Source: Podarcis filfolensis (Eukaryota). From it: a DNA stretch of 64,000 nt. The position numbers and the translations under genes were made by a program. Shown in pieces: positions 27,101-38,233 of this stretch. Location of the stretch: assembly GCA_964270895.1 (NCBI GenBank), contig OZ185439.1. One strand, 5' to 3'. The number at the start of each line of letters is the position of its first letter. Position 1 is the first letter of the stretch. A model generated the notes under the pieces. The model ran no database searches and was not told where the DNA came from. It worked only from the letters and a program-made list of their open reading frames with translations.

Positions 27101-30100
27101 TTTGATTTGTTATCACTCTGAGATTCTGGAATAACTTTCTAAATGGATTTTTTTAAATAAAGAAAGTCTGTCTTGATGGCATTCTGGAGGGATTTGCAAA
27201 CTATTTTACATGAAGTAGACAGAAGATAAATAGGATGTTTTGGAGTGGTATGACTTTTATTATTAGGTTGTGGTCTTTTGTGGTTTTATGTTCTATCAGA
27301 TTTTAAGTATTGCTTTTCATTTTAATGCAAAGTGCACTGAGCTTAGTAAAAGTAGCATACAAATGTTTTGAGGCACAGACACTGGACTGGAAGTAAGAGG
27401 AAAGGTCCACAGAATGGGTGCAAGTCAAGTTTTTCACTCAGATAGCAACCAGAACAGTGCATTTTGCATTTAAGCTGCGGGCCTTTCCCAATTTATACTG
27501 GAGCTAAGAAGCTGTATATAAAGTACTGCTTTGGCTGATTGGCCTCTGAATGCTGACATTATGGAACAGTTAACAACATTTACCTTTCGATCCACAGTTA
27601 AGGATGAGTCCTAAATTAGAGTAATAAAGCCTGTAATGAACAGTATGTTGCAAAATATAGCACAGAGCAGAACGCTTCAAATGTCTACAATGTCAGAAAT
27701 TCCCACAACTGACAAATTCAGGTATGACACCCATAGAAGCCAATGTTTCCATTAAGTAAAATCCACCAGCTGCACAATTCCTGCCAAATGGCAATCAGGT
27801 TAATGTAACTTCTCACCTCTTCTATAACGAAGACAGCATTCAGAGCTTTGGAGGAATTCATTAAAACTCACTACTATCATATACAAATAAAAAATAACCA
27901 AGTCCATTCCCTAACATAGCTTTTAGCCTAGTCCTCCTTATACACATTTCTTGTTGACCTTAAAAAACAGGGAGTGAAGATGAGGGGGCTGATATTGTGA
28001 CATATTTCCTAAAGTAATAGTGACATTTAAAGGCACATCAGCCAATAACAAGCTTTTTTTTTTTACATATTACTCTCAGTAATGAAAAAGAGGCATTTTC
28101 ATCAATGTACAGATCTATTTAAATACATTACTGTTCAGTAGTTTTAAGTCACACTTTTTATATTGTTCAGTGTGATACAACACAAAAGTTCATTGTACCT
28201 GGAAAAGATCTAGCAGTGTCACCCCCATATCTCCAGAGTCAGACTTCAACCACATCTGCATCATCACTCATGTCCCAAGCAAGTGGTGTGGTAAAATACC
28301 ATCACTCACCTGACCTCTGGTCAGTTGTTGCTCTAACCAGGAGGTGAAGCCATGTTGGTACAGTGCTCTCACTGGTGTGTTTGTACCATGCTGCCCTTGC
28401 TGCTGCCTTTCCCCTCCCAATAGTCCTCCAGCTAAGCAGCAGCAACATCATGAGGGCAGGTAAGTGGTGACACCACACCACCTGCTACTTACCCCAAGTA
28501 ATTTAAAAATCTCTAACTACTAAGTTCACTGTCTGGAAGTCACTGGCTATATCTAGTAATCAAGAAAGTGAGATAGATCATAGAATTGTAAGCTTGGAAG
28601 GGACCTCAAGGATCATCTAGTCCAACTCCCCTGCTATGCAGAAATCACTAGTGACTCATGTTAAGTTTGTGGTCTACTAAGACCCCTAAAGCCTTTTCAC
28701 ATGTACTACTGGTAAGCCAGGTGTCCCCCATCTTATATTTGTGCAGCTGGTTATTGTTGCGTGTGTGCAGAACCTTAGATTTGTCCTATTGAAATTCATT
28801 TTGTTAGTCTGGCCCATTTCTCCAATCTGTTGAAGTCATCTTGAATCCCAATTCTGTCTTCTGCAGCATCACCTACCCCTCCCAGTTAGGTGTCATCTGC
28901 AAATTTGATGAGCATCCTCTCAATTCCTTCATCGAAGTCATTAAACAGACGTTAAACAACAGGCCAGACTTGTCACTTTTTTCCAGGATTAAAAATGATT
29001 TCGCCATAAATGCTTTAAGAATTATGATGTTTTAAAGACTTTTACATATGAACTGTTGACAAACTCAGCTACAAATATCTCTACTCTACCTAATTCATAA
29101 ATCTAAGTCAAAAGTATCTCCAGAAATGTATATATGGCATCTCCCTGCATCCCGCTTTTGTCATGACGTCTTTAAATTGATAACTTTCTGCTTTATTTTA
29201 GAATCCCGAGTTTAGTTCTTGTTCAAATGCTACATAGAAGCAGAGAAAGAAAATGAATCCTAGAATTGATAGATCTCACTGTAGGTAAGAATCTGTTTCC
29301 TTCTGCATGTTACAGCAAAAGCATGACTCATCCCTACTTGTGCTTCCTATGCAACTAATTTACCACACACCTTGGCTTTCACAGTTCCTACTTTTTTTGT
29401 CCTGGCAAGGGCTCTGTGTCTTTATTAGGCCTGTGACAGGCAAATAAAACATGTAACAAATTTGCCAAGCAATGGTACATAATCTTCAGAAAGCTACATC
29501 TGTTGAAATCCTACCTGTTATGCAGCTGTTAGAGGCACAAAAAACTCATCATAATTATGAAGATACTTTCAACAGAAGCTAAATGCACTTGCTAAGGTGG
29601 TACCTAATAATACTTCTGGGAACAAGTATTGAACTAGCATGTGACAGTCTGAGTAATCTATATTTATAGCAGCTTAAACACTGACCTGGAATAACCCAGA
29701 TAATGAGATCAATTAATTTCCAGTTCAATTAAAAACAGGACTTTTCCTATGGAGATACAGTTTGGATGTATAGTGGCTTATTCTTCCCTCTCTCTCTGCC
29801 TCCTGGATATTTTTATAGAGAAAAAGCATTACTTACATGCCATATATTAGCGACACTTCTCACAACCTCAACAGGGAAATGGCTTTCATCAAATTAGTTC
29901 CTAAGCTTGTGCAAGGCAAACCAGAGCTCATTAACAATAAGCATTCTTCTAAACAAGAATATGAACACCCCCAATTCACCACTTGTATATCTTTTTGCTT
30001 TATATATTTAGATATATAAAGCATATCTTTATACTTCCTGGGGCTTCTCAATAATAACCAGTTCTGAAATAGTTAATACTGTACTATTAAAGAGGAAATG

Positions 30101-33100
30101 TTGTACGATGGCACACATCACGGATGCAAAGTTTGAGTTGCTTTCAACAGAACATTTTTATGATGAAAGTGGCTTGCAACTAAGATCTAAACAATTGCGT
30201 GGGAAGGAGTTACAGAAAGGATACACACAAAAACACATACCGTATTTTTCGCTCTATAACACGCACCAGACCATAACACGCACATAGTTTTTAGAGGAGG
30301 AAAACAAGAAAAAAAATATTCTAAACGAAATAGTGGATATATGATTTTTGTGGTTCATGCTGTGGCCACAGACATGTGATCTGACAGTGAGTTTGGAGTA
30401 GCCCAATGCAAAAATCCTGAGGATCCATGTGGATCCATGCCTTGTATCCACGGAGGAGGGAAGGAAGGGGAACCATGGATCCTCTGCTCACGACTGTAGC
30501 AGATCCCCCCCGTCACCCGCAGGCATTCGCTCCATAACACGCACAGACATTTCCTCTTACTTTCTAGGAGGAAAAAAGTGAGTGTTATGGTGCAAAAAAT
30601 ATGGTACGTACTCCCAAGCTGTTTATAAAGGTTTTTAGAGTGATTTAGAGAAATGCTTCTGTCATAAGCATTTATTTTCAGTAATGATACACTATGTTTA
30701 TAATTTCTAGAAATAAAGAGGACTCATAGTGGTATACAACACAATAAACTAAAATTAAATTATGAACATAATGACATTAATTGAAAGAAGAACCCTCACA
30801 AGTGGTGTACAAAGTTCTGGCATTTCAGGTGCTGTCATTAAAGGGTAGCCACAAAGGAAGTGACTCAAATGGAATAACAGGAAGGATAAATGCTGTTATT
30901 CATGTATTGAGCAAGGGGTTGGGCTTAATGGCTTACAAGCCCCCCCCCCCCCAAATTCAATCATCATATACAAGACTATTTGGTGGCAATAACAGGCATT
31001 AACATGCTTAGAAGAGGAAACAGAGAAGTTTCACCGAAGTGAGAATAAGATAGAGGAAAAAATACACAACAGTTCATTTTGAAAAGATGTTTTTTCATAC
31101 CATGCACAGTGCAGCAACACAGAAGCAGATGCTCACAAAGCCTGAAGTTCTCTGGCAATAACTTAATGGGAAAATATCAGTGAGGTGCACAGGTGTCTGC
31201 AAGAGCTGAAGTGAAAGGTTAATTTACTGCAGCACGTAGGACTTTATTCGCACAATGAAAAGAAAGATTGCTATCTCATATCAAAACAAGTAGGAAGCCC
31301 AAAATGATTCAGCTACATCCCTAGCTGACTATCTTGCATCATTCAAAGGTCACTGTTTTTCTACAGAATTGTGAACTCCATCCAACAGATATAATAACCA
31401 GATATATTCACCTGATACCTCTCTTTCCTCACAAAATAAAAGGTCAAGCACTCCTGATCTTACTGATTATTTGTCAATGCCTTCAACCTTTGATATACCT
31501 GAAGTATAATTTTCATCCCAGAAAACCAGATAAGACTCCCTGCCCTTGCTCTGGTCTGCATAATTATCTCTTCTTTTTAGTCTTTGTAGAACTTATTTAC
31601 TCATTTTATTATGATTATCCCCTCCACCTTAGGAAAATAATGAAACTAGCTTTTTATCTTGCTTCCCCTTTTCCTTCATTTCCCTTGTAGTTTAAGATCA
31701 CATTTCTTTCGGCCTTCCAACAGTATTTGTCTCTAATTGGCTTGTTTCCCACTGTCCCTTCCATTTTCACAAGGGCCCACACAATCTAATGTTTCAGTGA
31801 CAAAGGATGGAGACAGACTACTAATCATGGGAACACTACTTAGAATTGATCCCAATGGTAGTTTAAGTGTGTGATGAGCTGGTTGCTGAGAGGGTTCTAC
31901 TCACTTACTTCATAGGGTACTTATAAATAGGAACCATGTGACAAACTGGTATCTGTTTCTATCTGGGAAATATGTCAACCAATATTTTAAATATTAAGCC
32001 ACCCTGTATACTACAAAAAAACCTAGTTAAAAAACTGGACTGTACTCTCGCCAGCTGTTTTAACCAAAAAAAGTAACACATTTTTTCCTAACCACTTTTG
32101 TTGTTTCCTGTCATCAATTCTTATCTAGTAGGTACCTTAGAAATATAAAAGAAAGCCAACCCATACCCTCTCTTTGTTATTTGCTGCTGTATGACCACCT
32201 TATAACAGGGATGGCTAACCTCAGTTCAGGTCTGATCTGACCCCTTAAGCAATTTTTTTCTGGCCCTCCCAGAACTCTGATTTTTGCTGCAGAAGCAAAA
32301 AAGAAAGAAAATGAAACAGACACAGTGCTGGAGTGGGAAGAGCCCAGTGCCCCAAAGGGAATTCAAATCACTCTCCAGTGTCATGAGATTGATCATCTGA
32401 GCAGAGAGGGAATGATAATCACCCTCAGCGTGGATCAGCTGGGGTGGGGAGGCTGTCTGCCTGTGGATATTTTGTGTAAGAGTGTCTGCACACATGCAAC
32501 ATGCAAGTACATTAATGAGTGTGTGGCAGCCACACCTACTACTGGAATGGGACCCCTAAGTGAATCCCTCAAGTCAAAGAAAGCTACCCTGCCTTACAGA
32601 GAGAAGACTCAATTAACGTGCTACATAAATTTTCTATCAAGATACTAACCTTTTATGAAATCAGCAACATAGGGCCTGATCTATCAAGAAAAATGGCTCT
32701 CTTGCTTTAAGCCTCTGTGAGAAACAGTTATATATCAGTAATTGGGATGAGTTCATCAGTTTGAAGCACCTGCGTTATCTCACCCTCCTGTGTCTCAAGG
32801 TCAGCGACTGGGCCTGCTAATTGAGAATCGACTTCAGCTGTGAGAATGAACATATGCCCAAGTTCAGGAAGTTTCTAAGCATTTTCATTGGCTCAGGGGA
32901 CTCACCCCAGTTGCTATACCTTTTTACTATAAAGTTAGCCATTGCCTTCACCCCTTTGTCACTTCTTTCCTGTTGCTTGTACCTGTTTCTTTGTAATGCC
33001 TGCAAGATCCTATTTTCTGTGCTAGGGAAGCTTTCGGGTCACTGTTTTAGAAAGTTAGTTTCATGATTCCATTCATAATTGTCAATTGTATTTAAGATCT

Positions 33101-36100
33101 GCACTTTTTATGGGACTTTCACATGCTTTTCTTTTGAATAACTATCTCATTTAAGATGGGTGTCTGTCTTTTGGGATAAAGCCTTGGTACTGAATCCAGT
33201 TCCTAAGTGCCCTGCTTTTAACTTCTCCTTCTCTGATATCCTAGAAGGATTCAGTAAGGGTCTCTCAGCCCAGGCTGGTTGGACTTAAGGAGTGGTGGTA
33301 GTATACTATATTGCAGGGTTGGTTTTATACCCTGCTCAGTAGACAAGATCGGAAACATAAAGAACTGTGCCCAGGGATTTGAGGTAGAAGTTCTTGACAT
33401 CAATGTAGCCCACAACTGTGACACACATTTCAGATTCAATGATACACTGGTACTATAAATCTAATGGGATCAAGAGAAAGTAAAAGAGCATAATTTCATA
33501 CTCTGACATTGAAATGGAGATACTCTGTTAGCAAACAGGAGCCACAGCCCAAAAAAATGGGGGGGGGGGGGAGAAGTTAAAAAACCTTTTTCTGGAGATG
33601 ATAGAATTTCTTGTGAATAAGAAAAAATAACAAAGTGAACAAAAGGCGTAACAGTGTAGGATGGGAGCCTGGATGGATGATCTCATTGTATTAGCATTGG
33701 TCATGTCCAAACATTCATAGGGTGGATAGAAAATCCAACTACTATCTATTGCTCCAGCAAAACGAAGCTATCTTCTGTTGTGCGATTCAGCAACTATTTG
33801 ATCAATGAATTAAACATTGTGCCCAACAGGAAAGGTATCCTCAATTTACCTTTTAAAAAAATCCGTATTGATAATGTATTAAAAAGTTCAAAGAACATTT
33901 TAGAAGTACCATTTCCTCGAGGAAGACACAGGAGGGCTGAGATATCAAATCATCTGAAGAACTTTTAATGTGCAAATGTATGCAGAGCAACTAAAAATTA
34001 AAGATTTCTTTAAATGGGAGATAGCCCTACTTCTGATGTTGTGTACAGTACATGCATGTGGTGCACATACGGGCAGGAAAGAATAATTAAAGCATGAAAT
34101 AATCTGAAGTGTTGCCAACTCATTTTATGGATTGTGTTGTTGAAACCTTTGTCCCACTTCTTTAAAAAATTTACTGATGCAGTTATGTGGGCCTAATTCC
34201 AACAGAATCAAGGGGTGCATTTATTTCCAACATATATCAGAGTATTAAGTTACCTTTGGTGAAAGCTTCTCAGTCATCCTTTCTTAATATGTTAGCAACA
34301 GATTTATATTTAATAAATAGATCAAATAATTTTTTATAATAGTTCTTAAGTTCAAAAATCTTGCTACTACATGACACATTCACTGGAAACCTGTACAACC
34401 TGATCTTATTTATGTATGTTTAGTGGTAGACAACTCCCACCAAGTTCAACGGAGCTTAATTCCAAGAGCACTTTGTTGCACCTCATCTTACTACATTAAC
34501 CTAAGCCTATACATTTTCAAAGCTTTGCATGCTTTTGTTCAGCACTGTGGTTGTTCTTCCTCATACAGACCAATCTGTCAGAAAACAGATGCCCTATATT
34601 CCTGCTGTATATTGTACTTAAACTACTGTATTTAAACTAACTGTTGCCTCATTTGTATTTAAGTATGTTTTCTGAGTACAAGCCAAATCCTACTCTGTTC
34701 AATTATGGCATACCTTTTGAATTCAAAATGATTTATGGTGCAATTGTACAGCTGTCTACTAAGAAATCTTATTTAGTTCAGTGGGGGCTTACTCCCAAGT
34801 AAGTGTTTAGCATTGCTGCATGTGTTCTATAAAGTAAAACAGTTGTTAAACAGTGTCAAAACCACAGTTTTGAATGGGTGGGGAGAGAAGCTTCCTTCCT
34901 GCGGAACAACTTATAAAGGTGTCTAATGCATTCCTAACTTACATAATGTTGGGCTAACATGGTTCCCGATTCTTGCTCTAAACAAAGTTGTCTGCACTGT
35001 GTTTTTAAGTCCACATGAAAGCCATGCAAGCATTAAAAGCTAATCCTCTTCAAAGACAACGGAGATCTGATAAACCTGTTACGTACACACTTGCAGGGAA
35101 GTACTTTCCATCAGCCCTGTAGGTAAACAACTAATATTGCCAACTCATGCAAAACAGTCGCACTTAAAGAACAGCAACACGATATTGCAAAACCCTCGCC
35201 TGCATGCATGTATTTTGTGCTCTCGTTTCTGACATCCACACACACTAAGAGAAAAGCATTCGTGTACCGACGGCGACACAGTATTTAAAGACGATCGCAG
35301 TTTGCGAAGAAAAAGCTCGATTTCCCAGATTTTTTTCTGCGAAAAAAATTTCTTTCGCTTGAATTTCAGCGATCGTTCGCCGCTTGCTAAGTTCTGCCCT
35401 TAGTAAACCGGTTACGACCAATGTGACGTTGAATTCCTCCCATTAAAAACATGATTCCCAGAAAAAATACAAGGGGTGGGCGGAGGGGTAGGGAAAAGAA
35501 AACAACCACAGCCACCACTGAGCGTTATTTGCGCCAGCTGTTTACGACTTGCTTACTCCTACTTGCACCACTACACCCGACTCAATCGCTTGGGGGCTAT
35601 TTCGCAGCCGCATACGACCCCCTTTCTTGCCTACCAGAGTCACTTCGCAGACTCGGAGAAAGAGGCCGCTACACCGCCCCTTCCCCTCAAAGCCAAGCCT
35701 CCCTCCTTAAACAGCTCAGTGCCAGAGTCCACCTTCCCTTCCCCCACGGCCTCGCATTAGCGCTGATTCACCCGCTCCCAGGTAGAGGTCTTCCTCCAGA
35801 AAAATCACACACATTTAACCGCCTGTTATACAACCAGGGCAGAAACCCAGTTGGGGGGGGGGTGGAGGGAGACATCCCACCCCACCCTCCTCCTCGCGCC
35901 TCCTCAACGGCTTACACAACGGAAAGAGGGAGCTGGGGGGGGCAAGCACACACACCCCTCTCCCCCCCCGTTTATACTACTGCTGCTGCTACTACTACTA
36001 CTACACTGGCACACAACACCCCCATTTTGGGGCAACGGCGCGCCGCGTGGCGGAGGAGGTGGGGAAGGAGAGACGATACCCGGAGACGAAGAGCCGCTGT

Positions 36101-36210
36101 CGCAGCGAAAGCAGGCGAGGCGGAGCGAGAGGCCGAGCGAAGCAGCAGCCCCAGGAGAGCAGCACAGTCCTGCTGAGGAGAGGAATAAGCCGGGGGAACC
36201 ACTGCCGCAT
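607..36210 (-). CDS. IDE: Insulin-degrading enzyme (insulysin, M16A zinc metallopeptidase), coding exons 1-16; gene continues beyond the left edge
   Basis: Fifteen readable exons plus one inferred 145-nt exon 15 join in frame with GT-AG sites (2028 nt = 676 codons). Inverted zinc motif HFCEH in exon 3 and DSEHEKN in exon 4. Translation closely matches recalled vertebrate IDE. Confidence 0.98.
2621..2784. other. N-run, 164 nt
   Basis: Read directly. Confidence 1.
2641..2785 (-). CDS. IDE: Probable IDE alternative exon 15b (145 nt inferred; only the first base readable, rest in N-run 2621-2784)
   Basis: Long pyrimidine tract ccttttgttttgtttttcttttttgttAG|T abuts the N-run. AG from exon 14 plus T gives Ser, the same phase as 15a. 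The N-run is long enough for a 145-nt exon. Human IDE has a same-size mutually exclusive exon 15b. Confidence 0.6.
3253..3400. other. N-run, 148 nt
   Basis: Read directly. Confidence 1.
3273..3417 (-). CDS. IDE: IDE exon 15a (145 nt inferred; only the first 17 nt readable, rest in N-run 3253-3400)
   Basis: Acceptor cattttcttccag followed by C CCA TTT GCT TAC GTG G = (S)PFAYV, the start of canonical exon 15a. The 3' end is inferred from the recalled 145-nt human exon length. Confidence 0.85.
6341..6381. repeat. (CAAA)n microsatellite
   Basis: About 10 units, read directly. Confidence 0.95.
6824..6906 (-). CDS. IDE: IDE exon 14 (83 nt)
   Basis: [27 protein letters not shown](S); donor AG|GTATG, phase 2. 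Confidence 0.97.
6933..6990. repeat. (TAT)n microsatellite
   Basis: About 19 perfect units, read directly. Confidence 0.95.
7466..7588 (-). CDS. IDE: IDE exon 13 (123 nt)
   Basis: [41 protein letters not shown]; donor AAG|GTAAG. Confidence 0.97.
8025..8086. repeat. Perfect tandem duplication, 2 x 31 bp
   Basis: CATAGTTTCTCTCTCGCTAAAGCTTATTAAT twice. Confidence 0.95.
8301..8678. mobile_element. Non-autonomous hAT-type MITE, GC/CpG-rich, in IDE intron 12
   Basis: Perfect 8-bp TSD ATTGTAAG at 8293-8300 and 8679-8686; TIRs CAGTGGCGGAG / CTCCGCCCTG. Confidence 0.9.
8741..8843 (-). CDS. IDE: IDE exon 12 (103 nt)
   Basis: [34 protein letters not shown]; donor AAG|GTGTGG. Confidence 0.97.
9080..9148. 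repeat. Compound (TA)n(CA)n(GA)n microsatellite
   Basis: Read directly. Confidence 0.95.
11057..11160 (-). CDS. IDE: IDE exon 11 (104 nt)
   Basis: [34 protein letters not shown]; donor CG|GTAAG. Confidence 0.97.
12197..12277 (-). CDS. IDE: IDE exon 10 (81 nt)
   Basis: [27 protein letters not shown]; donor CAC|GTAAGT. Confidence 0.97.
12856..12947 (-). CDS. IDE: IDE exon 9 (92 nt)
   Basis: [30 protein letters not shown]; donor AAG|GTATG. Confidence 0.97.
14348..14440 (-). CDS. IDE: IDE exon 8 (93 nt)
   Basis: [30 protein letters not shown]; donor T|GTAAG. Confidence 0.97.
14531..14748. mobile_element. Tc1/mariner (Tigger-like) MITE, copy 1
   Basis: TA TSD, TIR CAGTGGTAC...GTACCACTG; same family as 46954 and 48575 but in opposite orientation. 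Confidence 0.88.
15341..15503 (-). CDS. IDE: IDE exon 7 (163 nt)
   Basis: [54 protein letters not shown]; donor G|GTAAG. Confidence 0.98.
15875..15987 (-). CDS. IDE: IDE exon 6 (113 nt)
   Basis: [37 protein letters not shown]; CAG acceptor, AGG|GTGGGT donor. Confidence 0.97.
16716..16838 (-). CDS. IDE: IDE exon 5 (123 nt)
   Basis: [40 protein letters not shown]; donor G|GTAAG. Confidence 0.97.
17278..17959 (-). mobile_element. 5'-truncated L1-clade LINE
   Basis: ORF2 C-terminal Cys/His motif [17 protein letters not shown]...YW...AFLLG; candidate 8-bp TSD CAAATCCT at 17270-17277 and 17960-17967; short A-tail. Confidence 0.85.
19817..20575 (-). mobile_element. 5'-truncated L1-clade LINE fragment
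   Basis: ORF2 C-terminus [15 protein letters not shown]...[10 protein letters not shown]...[13 protein letters not shown], followed by a T-rich 3' UTR; ends approximate. Confidence 0.8.
20734..20903 (-). CDS. IDE: IDE exon 4 (170 nt)
   Basis: [56 protein letters not shown]; CAG acceptor, G|GTA donor. Confidence 0.98.
21408..21466. repeat. Short dispersed palindromic repeat family (GGAGTAAGCCCC...ACTTACTTCTGAGTAG)
   Basis: Related copies near 13230-13290, 22910-22990, 23020-23090, 24410-24480 and 34770-34810. Confidence 0.6.
21995..22202 (-). CDS. IDE: IDE exon 3 (208 nt), catalytic HxxEH motif
   Basis: [70 protein letters not shown]; donor AG|GTGAG. Confidence 0.98.
23204..23388 (-). CDS. 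IDE: IDE exon 2 (185 nt)
   Basis: T-tract-AG acceptor; [61 protein letters not shown]; donor G|GTA. Confidence 0.97.
26840..26955. mobile_element. Short hAT-like MITE fragment (GGACTACAACT/ATCCC family)
   Basis: Shares core GGACTACAA(C/T)T(T/C)CC with fragments at 5890-5938 and 44325-44340; terminal CCCTG. Confidence 0.5.
28578..28968 (-). mobile_element. CR1 LINE remnant (RT fragment plus 3' tail)
   Basis: Minus strand reads MLIKFADDT (RT catalytic motif); ends in a CR1-type ATTCTATGAT tail. Confidence 0.85.
30240..30604. mobile_element. Tc1/mariner-pogo type MITE (CCGTATTTTT TIR family)
   Basis: TA on both sides; ends CCGTATTTTT... and ...AAAAATATGG. Confidence 0.8.
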
Positions 36211-37110
36211 TATATCCCGGCCCTGCCTGTTGTCGCCGGTGCTCAAGCCCGGCCTACCTCTCCGCCGCTCCTCCCTCAGCAGAAGCCGCTTCTGGCCGGC
36301 GGAGGCGCCATTTTCTCTGCCCTCGTTTACCCGGCGGAGTGTCTCTGCTGCTGCCCTCGCCCACCTCCTCCTCCCTTCAAGCCCCGCGCCGAGGCCTGGA
36401 AGCACTTCTGCTGCTCCTACCTGGGGCCGAGGGGAACCAAGTCGCCTTCCTGCGGAGGGACCGCTAAGAGAGAGACCGAGGGCGGCGGCGGTTGCAGAAG
36501 CGACGCGGCGGGAAAGCGCCTGTTGCTGCTGCTGCTGCGGTATAAAAGGAGCAAAAGGCCGCCGAGCTGTCTGCTGCTCTCCTCGATCGCGGGGTGGAGG
36601 GATTCCCGTTATGGAGAATGATGACAGCCTGGTTTCTAAGACACTCGCCCTTTGCACGCTTTGCTTCGATAGTCGACCCCTTTTTAACTTCCGAGTTTAA
36701 AGCATGCACGTGCGAAAGGAACTGGCACATGGGTGGAACGCCCCAGAGCGCGCGCTCTCATTCTGCTACTCCGGGAGACCCACCTAACTATATGCACTTA
36801 CCGGGGGGGGGGAGCGAGTCTTGCCACCATCCACTGGTGCTTCCGATTAAAATGGGTTAGGAGACATCACCGCCCGAGCCCGGCATCCTTCCGATTCCGG
36901 AAGAACAACGCGATCTGCGGCAGGGGCTGTTGCAGGCGGATGGCTTGCTTGGCGCGAGCGTCGGCAGGCAACAACCTACTAGACGGTTGTACGTATGCGA
37001 AATCGGCTGCCCCAGTAATAAAGCAGTTGGAAGGCAGCATCACCTGTCTCCTGTGTGGGATCCTTTTTTAAACAGCCAGATCCGATGCAGCTAGGCGCGC
37101 CTATGCGTTT
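35200..37110. promoter_or_regulatory. CpG island / IDE promoter and exon 1 region
   Basis: High GC and dense CpG against a CpG-poor background. YY1-type CGCCATTTT at 36306-36314, E-box CACGTG at 36707-36712, 14-bp palindrome AGAGCGCGCGCTCT at 36745-36758. Confidence 0.85.
36080..36210 (-). CDS. IDE: IDE exon 1 coding part (131 nt)
   Basis: ATG at 36210, [43 protein letters not shown], donor GG|GTATCG in phase 2 matching the exon 2 start; lies in a CpG island. Confidence 0.85.
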
Positions 37111-38025
37111 TGATTTCGATGGGCTATGCGCTAAGCTGCGTAGAATCGGTGCAAGGACAAAAAGGGCTTCAGAAATACCGGTAATCTGTGAAATGGCAAC
37201 GGTAAAATCAAGCTAAATGATCAAGGCGCATGTGTATTTGGCACAGAGGCAAAAGCTAGCCTTGGGCACAAACTTCAGCATCCTAAGAGTTTCTGTTTAT
37301 TATTAAAGGAAAGTTCTAGCCCTCTAGTCTGAAATGTAGGTTCCTTCCTACATTCATGTTTGCCTCTCCCTGAGATTAAAAGCAAAACAAATTATGCATA
37401 TAAGTACAAATACCTTGTTTTGAATTTACCTATTCATATAACTAGTTTTGTGTGGATGAGACCAAATGTCCATTTAGGAGTCTAGTGTTACATTTCCAGC
37501 TATGACTAGCAAGCTACTTGTTGAAAACTTAAAAGCGCAGCATGAAGACAACAACCTCTTCCTGTTCTTTGTCTCCAGCACCTGGTCATAAAATTCATCC
37601 TTTTTTCACAGAATTTTATTGATCTTGGTGTAAAATTCTGGTGTTAGTGGGTTGTTGTTTTTCCCTTTTAAAGCACAAATTATATGCAGGCTGGTATTTA
37701 GGCAAACTTCATAAGATGAGCCTGCTGGATCAGGCCAATACCCCTTCCTAGTCCATCATCCTGAAGTATATTGGAGTTAGATCGTGAAGATCTCAGGGTA
37801 TTTCTGCAAGGCAGGAATTTTTGGAAGAATTATACAGGGCTGTAAAATCAGTACAAAAGTTCCCATTAACTTTAATTGCAGCTTTCAAGCTTGTTCTGTT
37901 TGGCTGATGATGTACATTTTAAAAAAGCACTGTTAATTCCTTCTTCCAAAGTTGTACAGACGACATTTGACATATTTTAATTAGAGTAACATAATTCAGA
38001 CCTCCAGGAATACTAAACACATGTG

Positions 38026-38185
38026 GAATCAGAGAGTTGTAGAAGGAAGGATCCCGAGGGTCATCTAGTCCAACCCCCTGAAATTCAGGAATCTCAACTA
38101 AAGCATTCATGACAGATGGCCATCCAGCCTCTGCTTAAAAACCTCCAAGGAAGGAGAGTCCACAACTGCCTGAGGGAGTCTGCAC
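38026..38185 (-). mobile_element. CR1 LINE 3' fragment
   Basis: Resembles the 28578 tail (GGTCATCTAGTCCAAC...); boundaries approximate. Confidence 0.65.
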
Positions 38186-38233
38186 ACATTCCACCTCTGC
38201 ACACATTCCGGTTTGCCAATATCCTCCTCAAAT

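Noticed and set aside
35451-37071. Overlapping 200-250 aa ORFs on both strands
   Set aside because: Low-complexity translations of a GC-rich CpG island; only 36080-36210 has splice and homology support.
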